A program made the translations under genes and the position numbers. A stretch of DNA of 32,000 nucleotides, taken from positions 150,001 to 182,000 of the forward strand of contig NC_016012.1 in the NCBI RefSeq assembly GCF_000283555.1, written 5' to 3'. Below the pieces are notes generated by a model that saw only the letters and a program-made list of their open reading frames with translations, did not search any database and was not told where the DNA came from. Position 1 is the stretch's first letter, and every line of letters starts with the position of its first letter. Shown here in pieces: positions 1 to 10,403 of this stretch. Origin of the DNA: Candidatus Arthromitus sp. SFB-rat-Yit (lineage in GTDB: Bacteria; Bacillota; Clostridia; Clostridiales; Clostridiaceae).

Positions 1-1
1 A

Positions 2-430
2 AATGAAGTGTTAATAAAACTTGATATATTTAAGACTAATATATTTATAGGAAGTTTGGTTTTAATATTATTTTTAGGGATATTCCTTGTTGGTAATAAT
101 GTTATAGGAGTTGATTATTATAAAACTATGGGAATATTTATAGGAGTTTTTTTGGGGCATTTATTTGAATATAGATATGTGAATTTTTCTCCTGAAGCAA
201 GTAATGTAGATAATGTAATGAAGATTATAATAGGTGCATCTACAACAATACTATTATTTGTAGTTCTTAATTACATATTTAAAATGTTTTATTTACCATT
301 ATTTTTTTATGTTATAAAGTATCTAATATTAGGATTTTGGATGTTTGGAGCTATTCCTCTTATTTTCAAATTAAGTAATCTTTATTATAAGGAAGCTTAT
401 GAAATAACAAATACTAAATATAGAAAATAA
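2..430 (+). CDS. C-terminal part of a multi-TM membrane protein, possibly PAP2-family phosphatase tail; frame is open to the left window edge
   Basis: ORF track starts at GTG 8 but the frame is open upstream to nt 2; several hydrophobic segments; GIFLGHLFEYRYVNFS-like segment resembles the tail of PAP2-family membrane proteins. Confidence 0.45.
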   Translation, partial: NEVLIKLDIFKTNIFIGSLVLILFLGIFLVGNNVIGVDYYKTMGIFIGVFLGHLFEYRYVNFSPEASNVDNVMKIIIGASTTILLFVVLNYIFKMFYLPLFFYVIKYLILGFWMFGAIPLIFKLSNLYYKEAYEITNTKYRK

Positions 431-463
431 AAACAGCTTAGAAATTTGTTCTAAGCTGTTTTT
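430..463. terminator. bidirectional intrinsic terminator between convergent genes
   Basis: perfect inverted repeat AAAACAGCTTAGAA-N5-TTCTAAGCTGTTTT followed by T-tract. Confidence 0.85.
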
Positions 464-1179
464 TATAATACCTTACTTAAAAATTCTTTAGCACGATCGC
501 TTTTTGTATTATTGAAAAATTCGTTTGGTGAATTTTCTTCGATTATTTTTCCATCATCCATGAAAACTATTTTATTTGATACCTCTTTTGCAAAGTTTAT
601 TTCATGGGTAACTATAACCATAGTCATACCTTCATTAGCAAGTTCACGCATGACGTAAAGAACTTCTTTAACCATTTCTGGATCTAATGCAGAAGTAGGT
701 TCATCAAATAATAATACATTTGGTTTATTTGCAAGAGATCTTGCTATTGCAATTCTTTGTTTTTGCCCACCAGATAATTTTGATGGATAAATATCTTTTT
801 TGTCGACTAATCCTACTTTTTCAAGTAAATTTATTGCTAGTTTATTGGCTTCTTCTCTAGGTATATTTTTAACCTTAATAGGTCCTAAGGTTATATTTTC
901 AAGCACAGTCATATGTGGAAATAAGTTAAAGTGTTGAAAAACCATTCCCATATTTTCTCTAATTTTATTTATATTAGTTTTTTGTATATTAGTATTTTGA
1001 AAAATAATTTCTCCACTAGTGGGTATTTCTAGTAAATTCATACATCTTAGTAAAGTGCTCTTTCCAGAACCGCTTGGACCAATAATAGATATGACATCAC
1101 CTTTTTTTATGTTGTATGAAATATCTTTAAGTACATGATGTTTGCCAAAATATTTATTTAAATTTTTAATTTGAATCAT
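463..1179 (-). CDS. glnQ: polar amino-acid ABC transporter ATP-binding protein (GlnQ/HisP type)
   Basis: Walker [10 protein letters not shown], signature LSGGQKQR, Walker [15 protein letters not shown]; adjacent permease and binding protein. Confidence 0.93.
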   Translation of the reverse strand: MIQIKNLNKYFGKHHVLKDISYNIKKGDVISIIGPSGSGKSTLLRCMNLLEIPTSGEIIFQNTNIQKTNINKIRENMGMVFQHFNLFPHMTVLENITLGPIKVKNIPREEANKLAINLLEKVGLVDKKDIYPSKLSGGQKQRIAIARSLANKPNVLLFDEPTSALDPEMVKEVLYVMRELANEGMTMVIVTHEINFAKEVSNKIVFMDDGKIIEENSPNEFFNNTKSDRAKEFLSKVL

Positions 1180-1816
1180 TATCTCTATTTAATTTCCTTT
1201 CAAAATAATGTATAAATTTTGATAAAGTAAATGTTATTACTAAATATATTAGTGCAGCAACTAATAGAGGTTCTAAAGTTAAATAAGTTAAACTCCTTAT
1301 TTGGTTTGCTTTGTACATTAAATCTGCAAGACCTATATAAGAAACAATTGCTGACTCCTTTATAAGTACTACAAATTCATTTGCAAGTGCTGGTAGTATA
1401 TTTTTAATAGCTTGGGGAATTATAATAAGTTTCATTGCAGTAAATTGATTCATTCCGAGGCTTTTAGCAGCTTCCATTTGCCCTTTATTTATAGATACTA
1501 TACCAGCTCTCATTATTTCAGCTATATAGGCAGCACTATTTAATGAAAGTGCAATAGAGGCTGATGTAAGTTCTGTCATATTAATTTTTAAACCATAATG
1601 TATAATAATTAATTGAACAATTAGTGGGGTTCCACGAATAATTTCAATATATATAGATCCTATTGTTCGTAATATTTTATATTTTGAAATTTTTAGTATA
1701 CATAGTATAAGACCAATTATACTTCCGAATATTATTGTAATTAAAGCTAAAAGTAAAGTTATTTTAACTCCGTCTAAAAAGAATGGATAATATTTTATTA
1801 AAAAATTGAAATTCAA
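1166..1816 (-). CDS. polar amino-acid ABC transporter permease (HisM/GlnP family)
   Basis: GTPLIVQL and [30 protein letters not shown] (EAA loop) motifs; overlaps glnQ. Confidence 0.92.
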   Translation of the reverse strand: MNFNFLIKYYPFFLDGVKITLLLALITIIFGSIIGLILCILKISKYKILRTIGSIYIEIIRGTPLIVQLIIIHYGLKINMTELTSASIALSLNSAAYIAEIMRAGIVSINKGQMEAAKSLGMNQFTAMKLIIIPQAIKNILPALANEFVVLIKESAIVSYIGLADLMYKANQIRSLTYLTLEPLLVAALIYLVITFTLSKFIHYFERKLNRDNDSN

Positions 1817-1840
1817 AAATTGTTACCTCCATTTTATATT

Positions 1841-2644
1841 TTACTTATTGAGTTTTTCAGCAAGTTCAATTGAATTGTTGAATAATTCGTTGATTTTATT
1901 ATCTTTAATTAATCTTGTGATCGTTTTATTTATTTCATTTACTAAATCTTTATTACCTTTTTTTATACCAACAGCAGATCCTTGAATTTTATTGTTTAAA
2001 CTTGGGTCATTCACTATAAATAATTCAGGATTTCTTTTTTGATATTGAAGAGCAACAGGAGTTTCTATTAATAGTGCATCAACTTTTTTAGATAATAATT
2101 CAAGAATTAGCTCAGGTATTCTCAATAATGTTTTGATTTCTGAATTTTTTAAATTATCTTGAGCAAGTCTATCTTGAATACTACCAAGTTGTACACCTAC
2201 AGTTAAATTCTTTAGATCATCTATAGATTTAATGTTGGGATTTAGCGTAATTATAACATTTTCAGCTGTATAGTATATTTCTGAGAAATCTATACTTTGT
2301 TTTCTTTCCTCGGTTGGAGATATTCCAGATAATATAAAGTCTACATTATTTGAATTTAATGCATCTAATAATCCTGAGAAGTCTAGATTTTTAATAACGA
2401 GTTCTACTCCTAAATCTTTTGCAATTTCTTTTGCAATTTCTATATCAAATCCTACTATTTGTTCATTTCCATTTTCATCTATAAAAGGGAATTCATATGG
2501 AGGGTAATCTGCAGAAGTACCTAGTGTTATTTTTCCACTTTGTTTTATTGATTCTAATTTATTTGTATTTGAGTTACAGGATACAAAAAATAGTGGTAAT
2601 ATGAGAATTGAAAATAAACTAATTAGCATTTTATTTAATTTCAT
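1841..2644 (-). CDS. amino-acid ABC transporter substrate-binding lipoprotein (SBP family 3)
   Basis: lipobox LFFVSC; GTSADYPPYEF and GFDIEIAKEIAKDLG motifs. Confidence 0.92.
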   Translation of the reverse strand: MKLNKMLISLFSILILPLFFVSCNSNTNKLESIKQSGKITLGTSADYPPYEFPFIDENGNEQIVGFDIEIAKEIAKDLGVELVIKNLDFSGLLDALNSNNVDFILSGISPTEERKQSIDFSEIYYTAENVIITLNPNIKSIDDLKNLTVGVQLGSIQDRLAQDNLKNSEIKTLLRIPELILELLSKKVDALLIETPVALQYQKRNPELFIVNDPSLNNKIQGSAVGIKKGNKDLVNEINKTITRLIKDNKINELFNNSIELAEKLNK

Positions 2645-2812
2645 TTTTAATAACTCTCCTTAAATAATTTTAATAATAATGTATAATTATACATTATTTC
2701 ATATTTTGTATTCAATTAAAATATTTTTATGTAATAAATGCTGTATAAGCTTAAAATATATATGTTATAATATTTATTACATAATTTTAAGAAATTTTAA
2801 TAGGGGAAGTTT

Positions 2813-3496
2813 ATGAGTTATTTATTGCGATTTAAGAGGAACAAAAAGGAAATAATTTGGACTTTTATTATTGTATGTGGTATAGTGTGTCTTTCGGCGT
2901 TTATGTTTTTGTATAATAGGTACATAATATATGTTAAGAATATGGAAGCTTCACAAATAAATTTAACTAATCATTTAAATTATACATACAAAGATAAATT
3001 TTATGGTGATATTGATGTTGATTACGATATCAATTCTAATACATATATTGGGACTGTTGATTTTTACATTCCAAATGAAACATATACATTTAATTTATCT
3101 TCCAGAGGGCATATTATAGGAGATGGTTATCTTCATAATAATAAGGATAATTTAATGAGTCAAAGGTTTGCGAGGCAATTAAAAGAAAGTTTAGAGCAAG
3201 ATCTAAAGAATGAATTTCCAGAAATATTTAAAATATATACAGAAATGCAAATTTTAAAAGGAAAGTATGATCACAAGGCTTTTTATAATAAAAATATCGA
3301 TGAACCGCATATTGTACATATATATTTAAATACAAAATTTATAATGTCTAAGAAGAGATTCGATGAAATTGTAAAGAATATAAAAAATGTTTTAATAGAG
3401 AGTGGATATACAAATTTAAATAATGTACATGTTAATTATATGGTTAGGAAAGAAGCTCCTGTACGTTATTATTCTCCAATAGATTTTAGTAATTAG
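2813..3496 (+). CDS. single-TM-anchored hypothetical protein
   Basis: 227 aa ORF, N-terminal TM segment, RBS-like GGGGAAG before ATG. Confidence 0.7.
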   Translation: MSYLLRFKRNKKEIIWTFIIVCGIVCLSAFMFLYNRYIIYVKNMEASQINLTNHLNYTYKDKFYGDIDVDYDINSNTYIGTVDFYIPNETYTFNLSSRGHIIGDGYLHNNKDNLMSQRFARQLKESLEQDLKNEFPEIFKIYTEMQILKGKYDHKAFYNKNIDEPHIVHIYLNTKFIMSKKRFDEIVKNIKNVLIESGYTNLNNVHVNYMVRKEAPVRYYSPIDFSN

Positions 3497-3530
3497 AATA
3501 GAGCAGATATTATCTGCTCTATTTTTTATA
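3497..3530. terminator. bidirectional intrinsic terminator
   Basis: perfect inverted repeat AATAGAGCAGATA-T-TATCTGCTCTATT with T-tract, between convergent genes. Confidence 0.85.
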
Positions 3531-4992
3531 GAAGGGATGAAAACAATCTTGATATATTTTCATAGAATTTTTGATATATTGATATATTTTCAAATGACTC
3601 TATATTTGCAAGTGTGCTATTTTTTATATCCTCTTCAAAGATAGATATAAATTTATCACAAATATTGTGGTCATATATTATTAAATTCATTTCATAGTTA
3701 AGTTCGAAGCTTCTTATGTCCATATTGGTGCTTCCAACAGTTACGATATAATCATCAACTATTATAAATTTGGAGTGTATAAATGAATTTTTATCATAAA
3801 AATACACTTTACACCCTATGTTTGAAAGTTCTCTTAGATATGTTTTCGATGCATAATAAACTAGTTTATGGTCAGGTTTTCCAGGAAATATTATGCTTAT
3901 TTCAACACCAGATAATATTGAAATTTTTAATATATCAAGAAATCCAGCAGATGGTATAAAATATGGAGTACAAATTCTAATATTTTTTTTAGCTATGCTT
4001 ATGAGTTTTATTATGGGGAGTATCATATTATCTTTTGATAAATTAGGGCCACTTCTTATTATTTGGGTTAAGAGTATATTGTTTTCTTTAGGTTTTGGGA
4101 AATAGTTTGATATATCATTTGTTATATCATCTTTTGAATAATTTTTATCTTTTAGTTTCATAAGATTTGTATAATCATCTATAAATACATCTTGTATTGC
4201 AAGAGAGCATTCTCCTTTTATCATTAAATGAGTATCTCTCCAATTTCCAATAGACGATCTCCCAAGATATTCATCTCCAATATTGATTCCACCAGTAAAA
4301 CTAGTTATTCCATCTATTATAACTATTTTTCTATGGTTTCTATAATTTATTTGAGTATTTATCAGCTTTAAAAATGGTGTTGACATATAGGAATAAAATA
4401 ATACTTTTATTCCATTTTGTTTTAAATCATTTATATATTTTTTAGATAATTTATGGCATCCTATTTTATCTAATATGAATCTTACTTTTACCCCTTCATT
4501 TGATTTTCTAATGAGTATGTTTTTTATTTCATTTCCAATATGGTCATCTCTAACTATAAAATATTCCATATGTATGTGATGTTTTGCAGCGTTAAGTTCA
4601 TTTTTTAATGAATCAAATTTTTGTATACCATTTGAAAATATTTCAATTTTTGAATATTTAGTTATTGGAAATACATTAATTTTAGAAACTAGATCTATTG
4701 TTTGTATAATTTCATCATAATCATTATTTTTGGGTATGAGCTCTATAACAGATTCATTCGATGAATAATCAAACAAATGAAGTTTATATAATAAATTATT
4801 TTTTAAATAAGGTCTTTGTATGTCTTTGCCGAGAAATAGGTAAAATATAAATCCTATAGGACCGAAAAAAATCAATGTTAAAATCCATATTAAGCTTTTT
4901 TCAGGAGGGCGTCTTTCGTTTATTATTACAAAAAATATTATTGATAAATTTATTATGAGGAAAGAAATCATAATTAAATTTAGATAATTCAT
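3526..4992 (-). CDS. cls: cardiolipin synthase (two phospholipase D HKD motifs)
   Basis: HRKIVIIDG and HSKFIIVDD motifs, N-terminal PLDc_N membrane region; start re-assigned to ATG at 4992 with AAGGAGAT RBS (track starts at 5037). Confidence 0.92.
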   Translation of the reverse strand: MNYLNLIMISFLIINLSIIFFVIINERRPPEKSLIWILTLIFFGPIGFIFYLFLGKDIQRPYLKNNLLYKLHLFDYSSNESVIELIPKNNDYDEIIQTIDLVSKINVFPITKYSKIEIFSNGIQKFDSLKNELNAAKHHIHMEYFIVRDDHIGNEIKNILIRKSNEGVKVRFILDKIGCHKLSKKYINDLKQNGIKVLFYSYMSTPFLKLINTQINYRNHRKIVIIDGITSFTGGINIGDEYLGRSSIGNWRDTHLMIKGECSLAIQDVFIDDYTNLMKLKDKNYSKDDITNDISNYFPKPKENNILLTQIIRSGPNLSKDNMILPIIKLISIAKKNIRICTPYFIPSAGFLDILKISILSGVEISIIFPGKPDHKLVYYASKTYLRELSNIGCKVYFYDKNSFIHSKFIIVDDYIVTVGSTNMDIRSFELNYEMNLIIYDHNICDKFISIFEEDIKNSTLANIESFENISIYQKFYENISRLFSSLL

Positions 4993-5169
4993 ATTAATCT
5001 CCTTAATCATAAATAAAAAAGTAATGACATTAATCAATAAATATTTTATACTTAAATTTAAGTTTTAAATATATTATTATTAAGTATATTTATAAAATAT
5101 TTGTAACATAATTTATAATATATCAGAACTTAGGGTGAAAATATTTTTTAATAATAGGGGGGTAATATT

Positions 5170-5424
5170 ATGAAAAAAATGAATAAGGGAACTGCTATTG
5201 CGGCGATATCAGCAATAGGTATAGCATCAGTTGTAACTATAGCAGGAGTTGTATCTAAAACTCTAAAAAGAAATTTAATTAGAGATTTAAATGACTCTGA
5301 TTTTAAAAATTTTAATTCGTATGGTGATTGTCGTTGTTCAAATCACAATGTAAAAGATGATTCTTATGATGAGGTTTTAAGATACCGCAAAGGAAGATAT
5401 TATCAGAAAATGGGAATTTATTAA
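5170..5424 (+). CDS. small hypothetical membrane protein
   Basis: 84 aa ORF, good RBS-like GGGGG region, hydrophobic N-terminus, followed by a strong terminator. Confidence 0.6.
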   Translation: MKKMNKGTAIAAISAIGIASVVTIAGVVSKTLKRNLIRDLNDSDFKNFNSYGDCRCSNHNVKDDSYDEVLRYRKGRYYQKMGIY

Positions 5425-5425
5425 T

Positions 5426-5460
5426 AAAAGTACTTGCATGTGCAAGTACTTTTTGTTTTT
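5426..5460. terminator. intrinsic terminator
   Basis: AAAGTACTTGCA-TG-TGCAAGTACTTT plus T-rich tail. Confidence 0.85.
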
Positions 5461-5532
5461 TAAGTAATAAAAAATAGTAGAGTGAGGTAAGCTAACCACA
5501 TGCTTAGTTTTGTTATTTTGGGAAGGTGAATT

Positions 5533-8500
5533 TTGTTAAGTGTAAAGATAATGTTATATAAAATGTTTAAACTATTTATACTACCGCTTGGTTTTATAAT
5601 AATCGGTATTTCTATATTTGTAGCTATAAATAGAGAAGTTAAAGGAGTAGTTAGTTTAAATAGTTTTGTTAAGGAGTTTCCTAAAGTTTATGCTGATTTT
5701 AATGAATGGGATGATAGAGTTGATGTGTTTCATATAAATAGGGAAATTGCTAGGAGTTTCTTTTTGCCCTATCCTAATCGTGAAATTTTGTTATCAGATG
5801 TAAAGAAAGATCCATTAAATAGTGTGAAAATAAAAGATAGTGACAATATTAAAGTATTAAATGGAAAATGGAAATTTTCACTTGATTATGCACCTAAGTA
5901 TAGGAATTTGGATTTTTATAAACAGGATTATGATGTATCTAATTGGGGAGATATAAATGTACCTAGTAATTGGCAAATGGAAGGATATGATTTTCCTATA
6001 TATGTAAATTTTAAGTATCCCTGGACTGGGTTTGAAAATTTGGAATTTTATAAAGCCCCTAAGAAATTTAATCCTATTGGTAATTATAGAAGAGATTTTT
6101 TTGTAGATGAATCTTGGCTTAATGATAAAGTGTATATATCATTTCAAGGAGTTGAATCGTGTTTTTATTTATGGATAAATGGGGAATTTGTTGGATATAG
6201 TGAAGATAGTTTTTCTCCGAGCGAATTTGATATCACAGATTTTTTAGTAAGTGGTAAAAATTACATATCTGTTCAAGTTTTTAGATGGTGTGATGGAAGT
6301 TTTCTTGAAGATCAGGATTTTATTCGTTTAAGTGGGATTTTTAGGGACGTATTTTTGTATAGAACACCTAAGATACATATTGCTGATTTTGAAGTTATAA
6401 CTAATGCTGATGATGATTTAAAGAATTTTGATTTAATATTAAATGTAAATTTGATAAATTACCTTAATGAGAATAGAAATTATAGCATATCTACTGTTTT
6501 ATTTGATGAAAAATGGAATTTAATAAGTAGTATTGAGAATATGGGGAATTTTGATAATAGTTATACGTATAAGGATGCAATAAAAGGAAATTTTAATTTA
6601 TGTTTGAATATAAAAGAGCCTAAGAAATGGTCTGCAGAGGAACCTAATTTATATAACTTAGTTATTTCTCTTAAAAATGATTTACTTAATGAGACGCAAT
6701 CAATACATACGAGAGTTGGATTTAGAACTTTTGAGATAAAAGGGAATAAAATGTATATAAATGGAAAGCCGATTTTGTTCAAAGGAGTAAATAGGCATGA
6801 AACACATCCAACAAAAGGTAGGGCATTATCGACTTTAGATATGGAATTTGATGTAAAAGAGATTAAGAGAAATAATATAAATTCTGTGAGAACTTCTCAC
6901 TATCCTACCCATCCTTATTTTATTTCTTTATGTAATGAATATGGAGTTTATGTAATTGATGAGGGAAATATAGAAGCACACGGTGTTGAGGGTGAAATAC
7001 CTGGAGATAAGGAAATATGGAGAGGGGCATGCTTTGATAGAATTAATTCACTTGTAGAGAGGGATAAAAATAATCCTAGTGTTTTGATATGGTCTCTTGG
7101 AAATGAAAGTGGAGGTGGGAGTATATTTAGAGATTTATATAATTATGTAAATCTAAGAGATGGAAGTAGAATTATTCATTATGAAGGCGAGAGAGATAAA
7201 TATTATGCAAGTGATGTTGTAAGTAAGATGTATGTAAGAATAAATGATATTGAAAAACAGAGTAAATATATTCCAAATAAACCTTATATTTTATGTGAAT
7301 ATGCCCATTCCATGGGAAATAGTGGTGGGAGTTTAGATAAATATATCGAAAAATTTGAAAGCATTGATAACGTTCAAGGAGGATTTATATGGGATTTCAT
7401 AGATCAAGGTGTTTATAGGGAAACTCCATGTATAGGAACCTTTATTACTCCTTGTAATATGTTTCACGGTGAATTTGAGGGATACATAGAAGATGGATAT
7501 AAGGGGAACGGATATAAAGGAGTAATATTATATGATAATACTAAAAATTTAAAGTTTGATGAATTTACTATAGATCTTAAGGTAAAACCGAGTATATACG
7601 AAGGGGAAGGGTGTGTTTATCTAAAGAAAGGAAATGAGTTTGGAGTAAGGGAAATTACGAATTATAATAAATCTAATAATCGAGTTGTTGAATTTTATGT
7701 AAGAGATAATTCGGGAATATTTGATACAATTATATTTATAACACCTGAAGATTGGGTTAATAATTTTCATAATGTGACTGCTACATATAAAGATAATGTT
7801 ATGAGATTATTTATAGATGATAATTTGGTTGGAGAGAAAATTTTTAATTATAATATAGCGTATTTTAAAGATAGAATACAAGTTGGAGGGAATAATAGTT
7901 ATACACATTATGAGGGTATTAATGGAGTGATAGATGAAGTTAAACTATTTTCTAAGGGAATGGATATAGAATATTTGAGAAATAAGAATTTTTATAACAT
8001 TGATGCTACGAGAATAATATTTAATGATTTTGATAATAAAAGAAATATGATTAAAAAGAAGGTACATTCACAGAGATATTTAGCAACAGGAGGAGATTTT
8101 AATGATTCTCCAAATGATTCTGCATTTTGTGCTAATGGTATATTATTGGCATCCAGGAAACTTAAACCACAAGTTACCGAGGTTAAGCATGCATATCAAA
8201 ATATAGATATAAGAGATTATGATATTTTAAATGGTAAGATTCTCATTAGAAATAAAAATCTATTTAAGAATTTAAAGGATTACATGCTGAAATGGAATTA
8301 TTTAGTTGATGGTAAAGTAGTGCAAGGAGATATGGCTATAGTTAATGTAGAACCTATGAGTGAAATTGTATTTAATATACATGATATTGAAAAGATCAAT
8401 AATTTAAATGGTAATGAGTTTTTCTTAAATATTGGATTTGTATTAAATGAGGGTACAAATTGGGCGAATAGAGGGTTTGAAATATCAAATAATCAATTTA

Positions 8501-9429
8501 AAATAAATTTGGATAATTCACTTTGTGAAGTAAATGTAAATAGTAAGAAGATTCAAAATTTCATAGTAAACGATTTAGAGGATAAATTTGAAGTTAAATC
8601 TGAGGAATATTATATTGTTTTTAACAAAGCATCAGGAAATCTTAAGCATTATAGATATAAAAACGATGATTTAATAAATTCAGAGTTATTAATTGATTTT
8701 TGGAATCCACTAAATGATAATGAAAGATTATTCAACATATACGATAAAGTAGTATTTTGGAAAAATATTTCTAAGATAAATGCAAATAATAATTATAATG
8801 TTTCATATGAAAATGGATGTATAGTAATAAGGTTTTATAGATTAATATATGATTTAAATAATTCAGTTCTTATTACAACATATAGGATAAATGAATATGG
8901 AGAAATTAGTATAGATTTGTATATGGAGTTATTAAAATATGGGATACCTCACGCCAGATCAGTTGGATTTAAGGTATTTATACCAACTAATTTTAAAAAT
9001 ATACAGTATTATGGAAGAGGACCATTAGAAAATTATAATGATAGGAATAAAGGGAGTAATCTTGGCGAGTATAAGAGTAACATAAATAATCAATTTACGG
9101 ATTATATGACTCCTCAAAGAACTGGGAATATAACAGATATTAGGTGGATAGATTTCTATAGGAATGATGGTGTAGGAATTCGGATTGAAAATATTCATGA
9201 ATTTATTCAAATCAATGCCAGTTCTTATATTGATGATGAATTTGAAAAGAAGCATTCATATCAAATGAGTAAATATTCTTCAATTATAGTGAATGTTAGA
9301 TCGAAAGATTATGGAAGTACATTTGAGAGTTTTGAGGATGAATGTATTAATTATATTGATAAAAATCATATATATAGTTTTTTGTTTAAATTATCACCTG
9401 TGTTTATTAATAATATATCAATTAATTAG
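5533..9429 (+). CDS. lacZ: large membrane-anchored or exported GH2 beta-galactosidase with inserted LamG/concanavalin-like domain
   Basis: GH2 motifs GVNRHETHP, VLIWSLGNESGGG (acid/base Glu), ILCEYAHSMGNS (nucleophile Glu), GGFIWDFIDQ; C-terminal bgal small-chain motif QYYGRGPLENYNDR; N-terminal TM segment. Confidence 0.9.
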   Translation: MLSVKIMLYKMFKLFILPLGFIIIGISIFVAINREVKGVVSLNSFVKEFPKVYADFNEWDDRVDVFHINREIARSFFLPYPNREILLSDVKKDPLNSVKIKDSDNIKVLNGKWKFSLDYAPKYRNLDFYKQDYDVSNWGDINVPSNWQMEGYDFPIYVNFKYPWTGFENLEFYKAPKKFNPIGNYRRDFFVDESWLNDKVYISFQGVESCFYLWINGEFVGYSEDSFSPSEFDITDFLVSGKNYISVQVFRWCDGSFLEDQDFIRLSGIFRDVFLYRTPKIHIADFEVITNADDDLKNFDLILNVNLINYLNENRNYSISTVLFDEKWNLISSIENMGNFDNSYTYKDAIKGNFNLCLNIKEPKKWSAEEPNLYNLVISLKNDLLNETQSIHTRVGFRTFEIKGNKMYINGKPILFKGVNRHETHPTKGRALSTLDMEFDVKEIKRNNINSVRTSHYPTHPYFISLCNEYGVYVIDEGNIEAHGVEGEIPGDKEIWRGACFDRINSLVERDKNNPSVLIWSLGNESGGGSIFRDLYNYVNLRDGSRIIHYEGERDKYYASDVVSKMYVRINDIEKQSKYIPNKPYILCEYAHSMGNSGGSLDKYIEKFESIDNVQGGFIWDFIDQGVYRETPCIGTFITPCNMFHGEFEGYIEDGYKGNGYKGVILYDNTKNLKFDEFTIDLKVKPSIYEGEGCVYLKKGNEFGVREITNYNKSNNRVVEFYVRDNSGIFDTIIFITPEDWVNNFHNVTATYKDNVMRLFIDDNLVGEKIFNYNIAYFKDRIQVGGNNSYTHYEGINGVIDEVKLFSKGMDIEYLRNKNFYNIDATRIIFNDFDNKRNMIKKKVHSQRYLATGGDFNDSPNDSAFCANGILLASRKLKPQVTEVKHAYQNIDIRDYDILNGKILIRNKNLFKNLKDYMLKWNYLVDGKVVQGDMAIVNVEPMSEIVFNIHDIEKINNLNGNEFFLNIGFVLNEGTNWANRGFEISNNQFKINLDNSLCEVNVNSKKIQNFIVNDLEDKFEVKSEEYYIVFNKASGNLKHYRYKNDDLINSELLIDFWNPLNDNERLFNIYDKVVFWKNISKINANNNYNVSYENGCIVIRFYRLIYDLNNSVLITTYRINEYGEISIDLYMELLKYGIPHARSVGFKVFIPTNFKNIQYYGRGPLENYNDRNKGSNLGEYKSNINNQFTDYMTPQRTGNITDIRWIDFYRNDGVGIRIENIHEFIQINASSYIDDEFEKKHSYQMSKYSSIIVNVRSKDYGSTFESFEDECINYIDKNHIYSFLFKLSPVFINNISIN

Positions 9430-9445
9430 GAATATAATTAAAAAT

Positions 9446-9480
9446 AAAAGAACCTTGATTTAAATCAAGGTTCTTTTATT
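9446..9480. terminator. bidirectional intrinsic terminator, perfect 32-nt palindrome
   Basis: AAAAGAACCTTGATTT/AAATCAAGGTTCTTTT; contains the stop codon of the opposing GNAT gene. Confidence 0.85.
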
Positions 9481-10039
9481 TTTAATTAAACATTTATTTG
9501 TTTTAATATATATAAGCTCTTTTTGATTTAAAAATTTTGACTTAGTTAAATAGTATACTTGTGTTAATTTACTACAATTTGGTAATGAGCCAATAAAATT
9601 GAACATCATAATATTTAATAATATGTGTTTTGATACTGAATTTGAATCTTCAACAAGAGAATATATTTTATCTATATTTGTATTGTTGAATACATAATTT
9701 AAAGTATGAAATATAGCTTCTTTCATAAAATTATTATTTCTGTAATATTTTATAATAAAATATCCAAGTTCATTAATTAAATTTTCATGTATATATCTAG
9801 GTATAATAGATATAAAACCAATTGGAGATAAATCCTTTTTTAATTTAATCACAAAATATCCCAATGAATTAAAGCAACGTATTTTATCGTTATGTAGAAT
9901 AAATTTATTAATTTGATATTGAGATGCATTCTTAGGTACAAGAGTATTAAAATCATAATCAATATTTTTTAATATATAGGTTAAACTTTTTTCACAAATA
10001 GGTTCTATAATTAAAATTTGTAGTTTGAATAATTATCAT
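9460..10039 (-). pseudogene. GNAT (RimJ/RimL-like) N-acetyltransferase, probably frameshifted near its 5' end
   Basis: minus-strand ATG at 10039 with GAGG RBS encodes MIIIQTTNF... then hits a stop; +1 frame continues LIIEPICEKSLTYILKN...LVPKNASQYQINKFILHNDKIRCFNSLGYFVIKLKKDLSPIGFISIIPRYIHENLINELGYFI; ORF track reports only 9460..9864. Confidence 0.7.
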
Positions 10040-10403
10040 AATTAATCCTCAAAGGTATTATGAATATATATTCACAATACTTAATTATAATCAATATTTT
10101 ATTATGTACTAATGTAATAACTATATTATAAAAAAAAACAAAAATCAATTTTAAAATTTATAAAATATAAATATTTTTTTAATATATAGGAGAAATATTT
10201 TACACATTATTAAAGTAAAACGTTTTCAAAATATTAGATTTTGATTATATAGAAGATCTAAACAGAGTTATTTATTACTTTGATAAAATAAAAAATAATT
10301 TTTATAGAAATTAATGAAAAAATATGAGTTGATATAACTTATTGTGATATAATCAGTTTGGAGTGATTAAAAAAATTTAATTATCTTGGAGGTTATAAAA
10401 ATT

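Noticed and set aside
5475-5532. TAAGC...GCTTA hairpin upstream of the lacZ-like gene as a riboswitch
   Set aside because: Only 5 bp of pairing and no match to a known aptamer consensus; likely chance.
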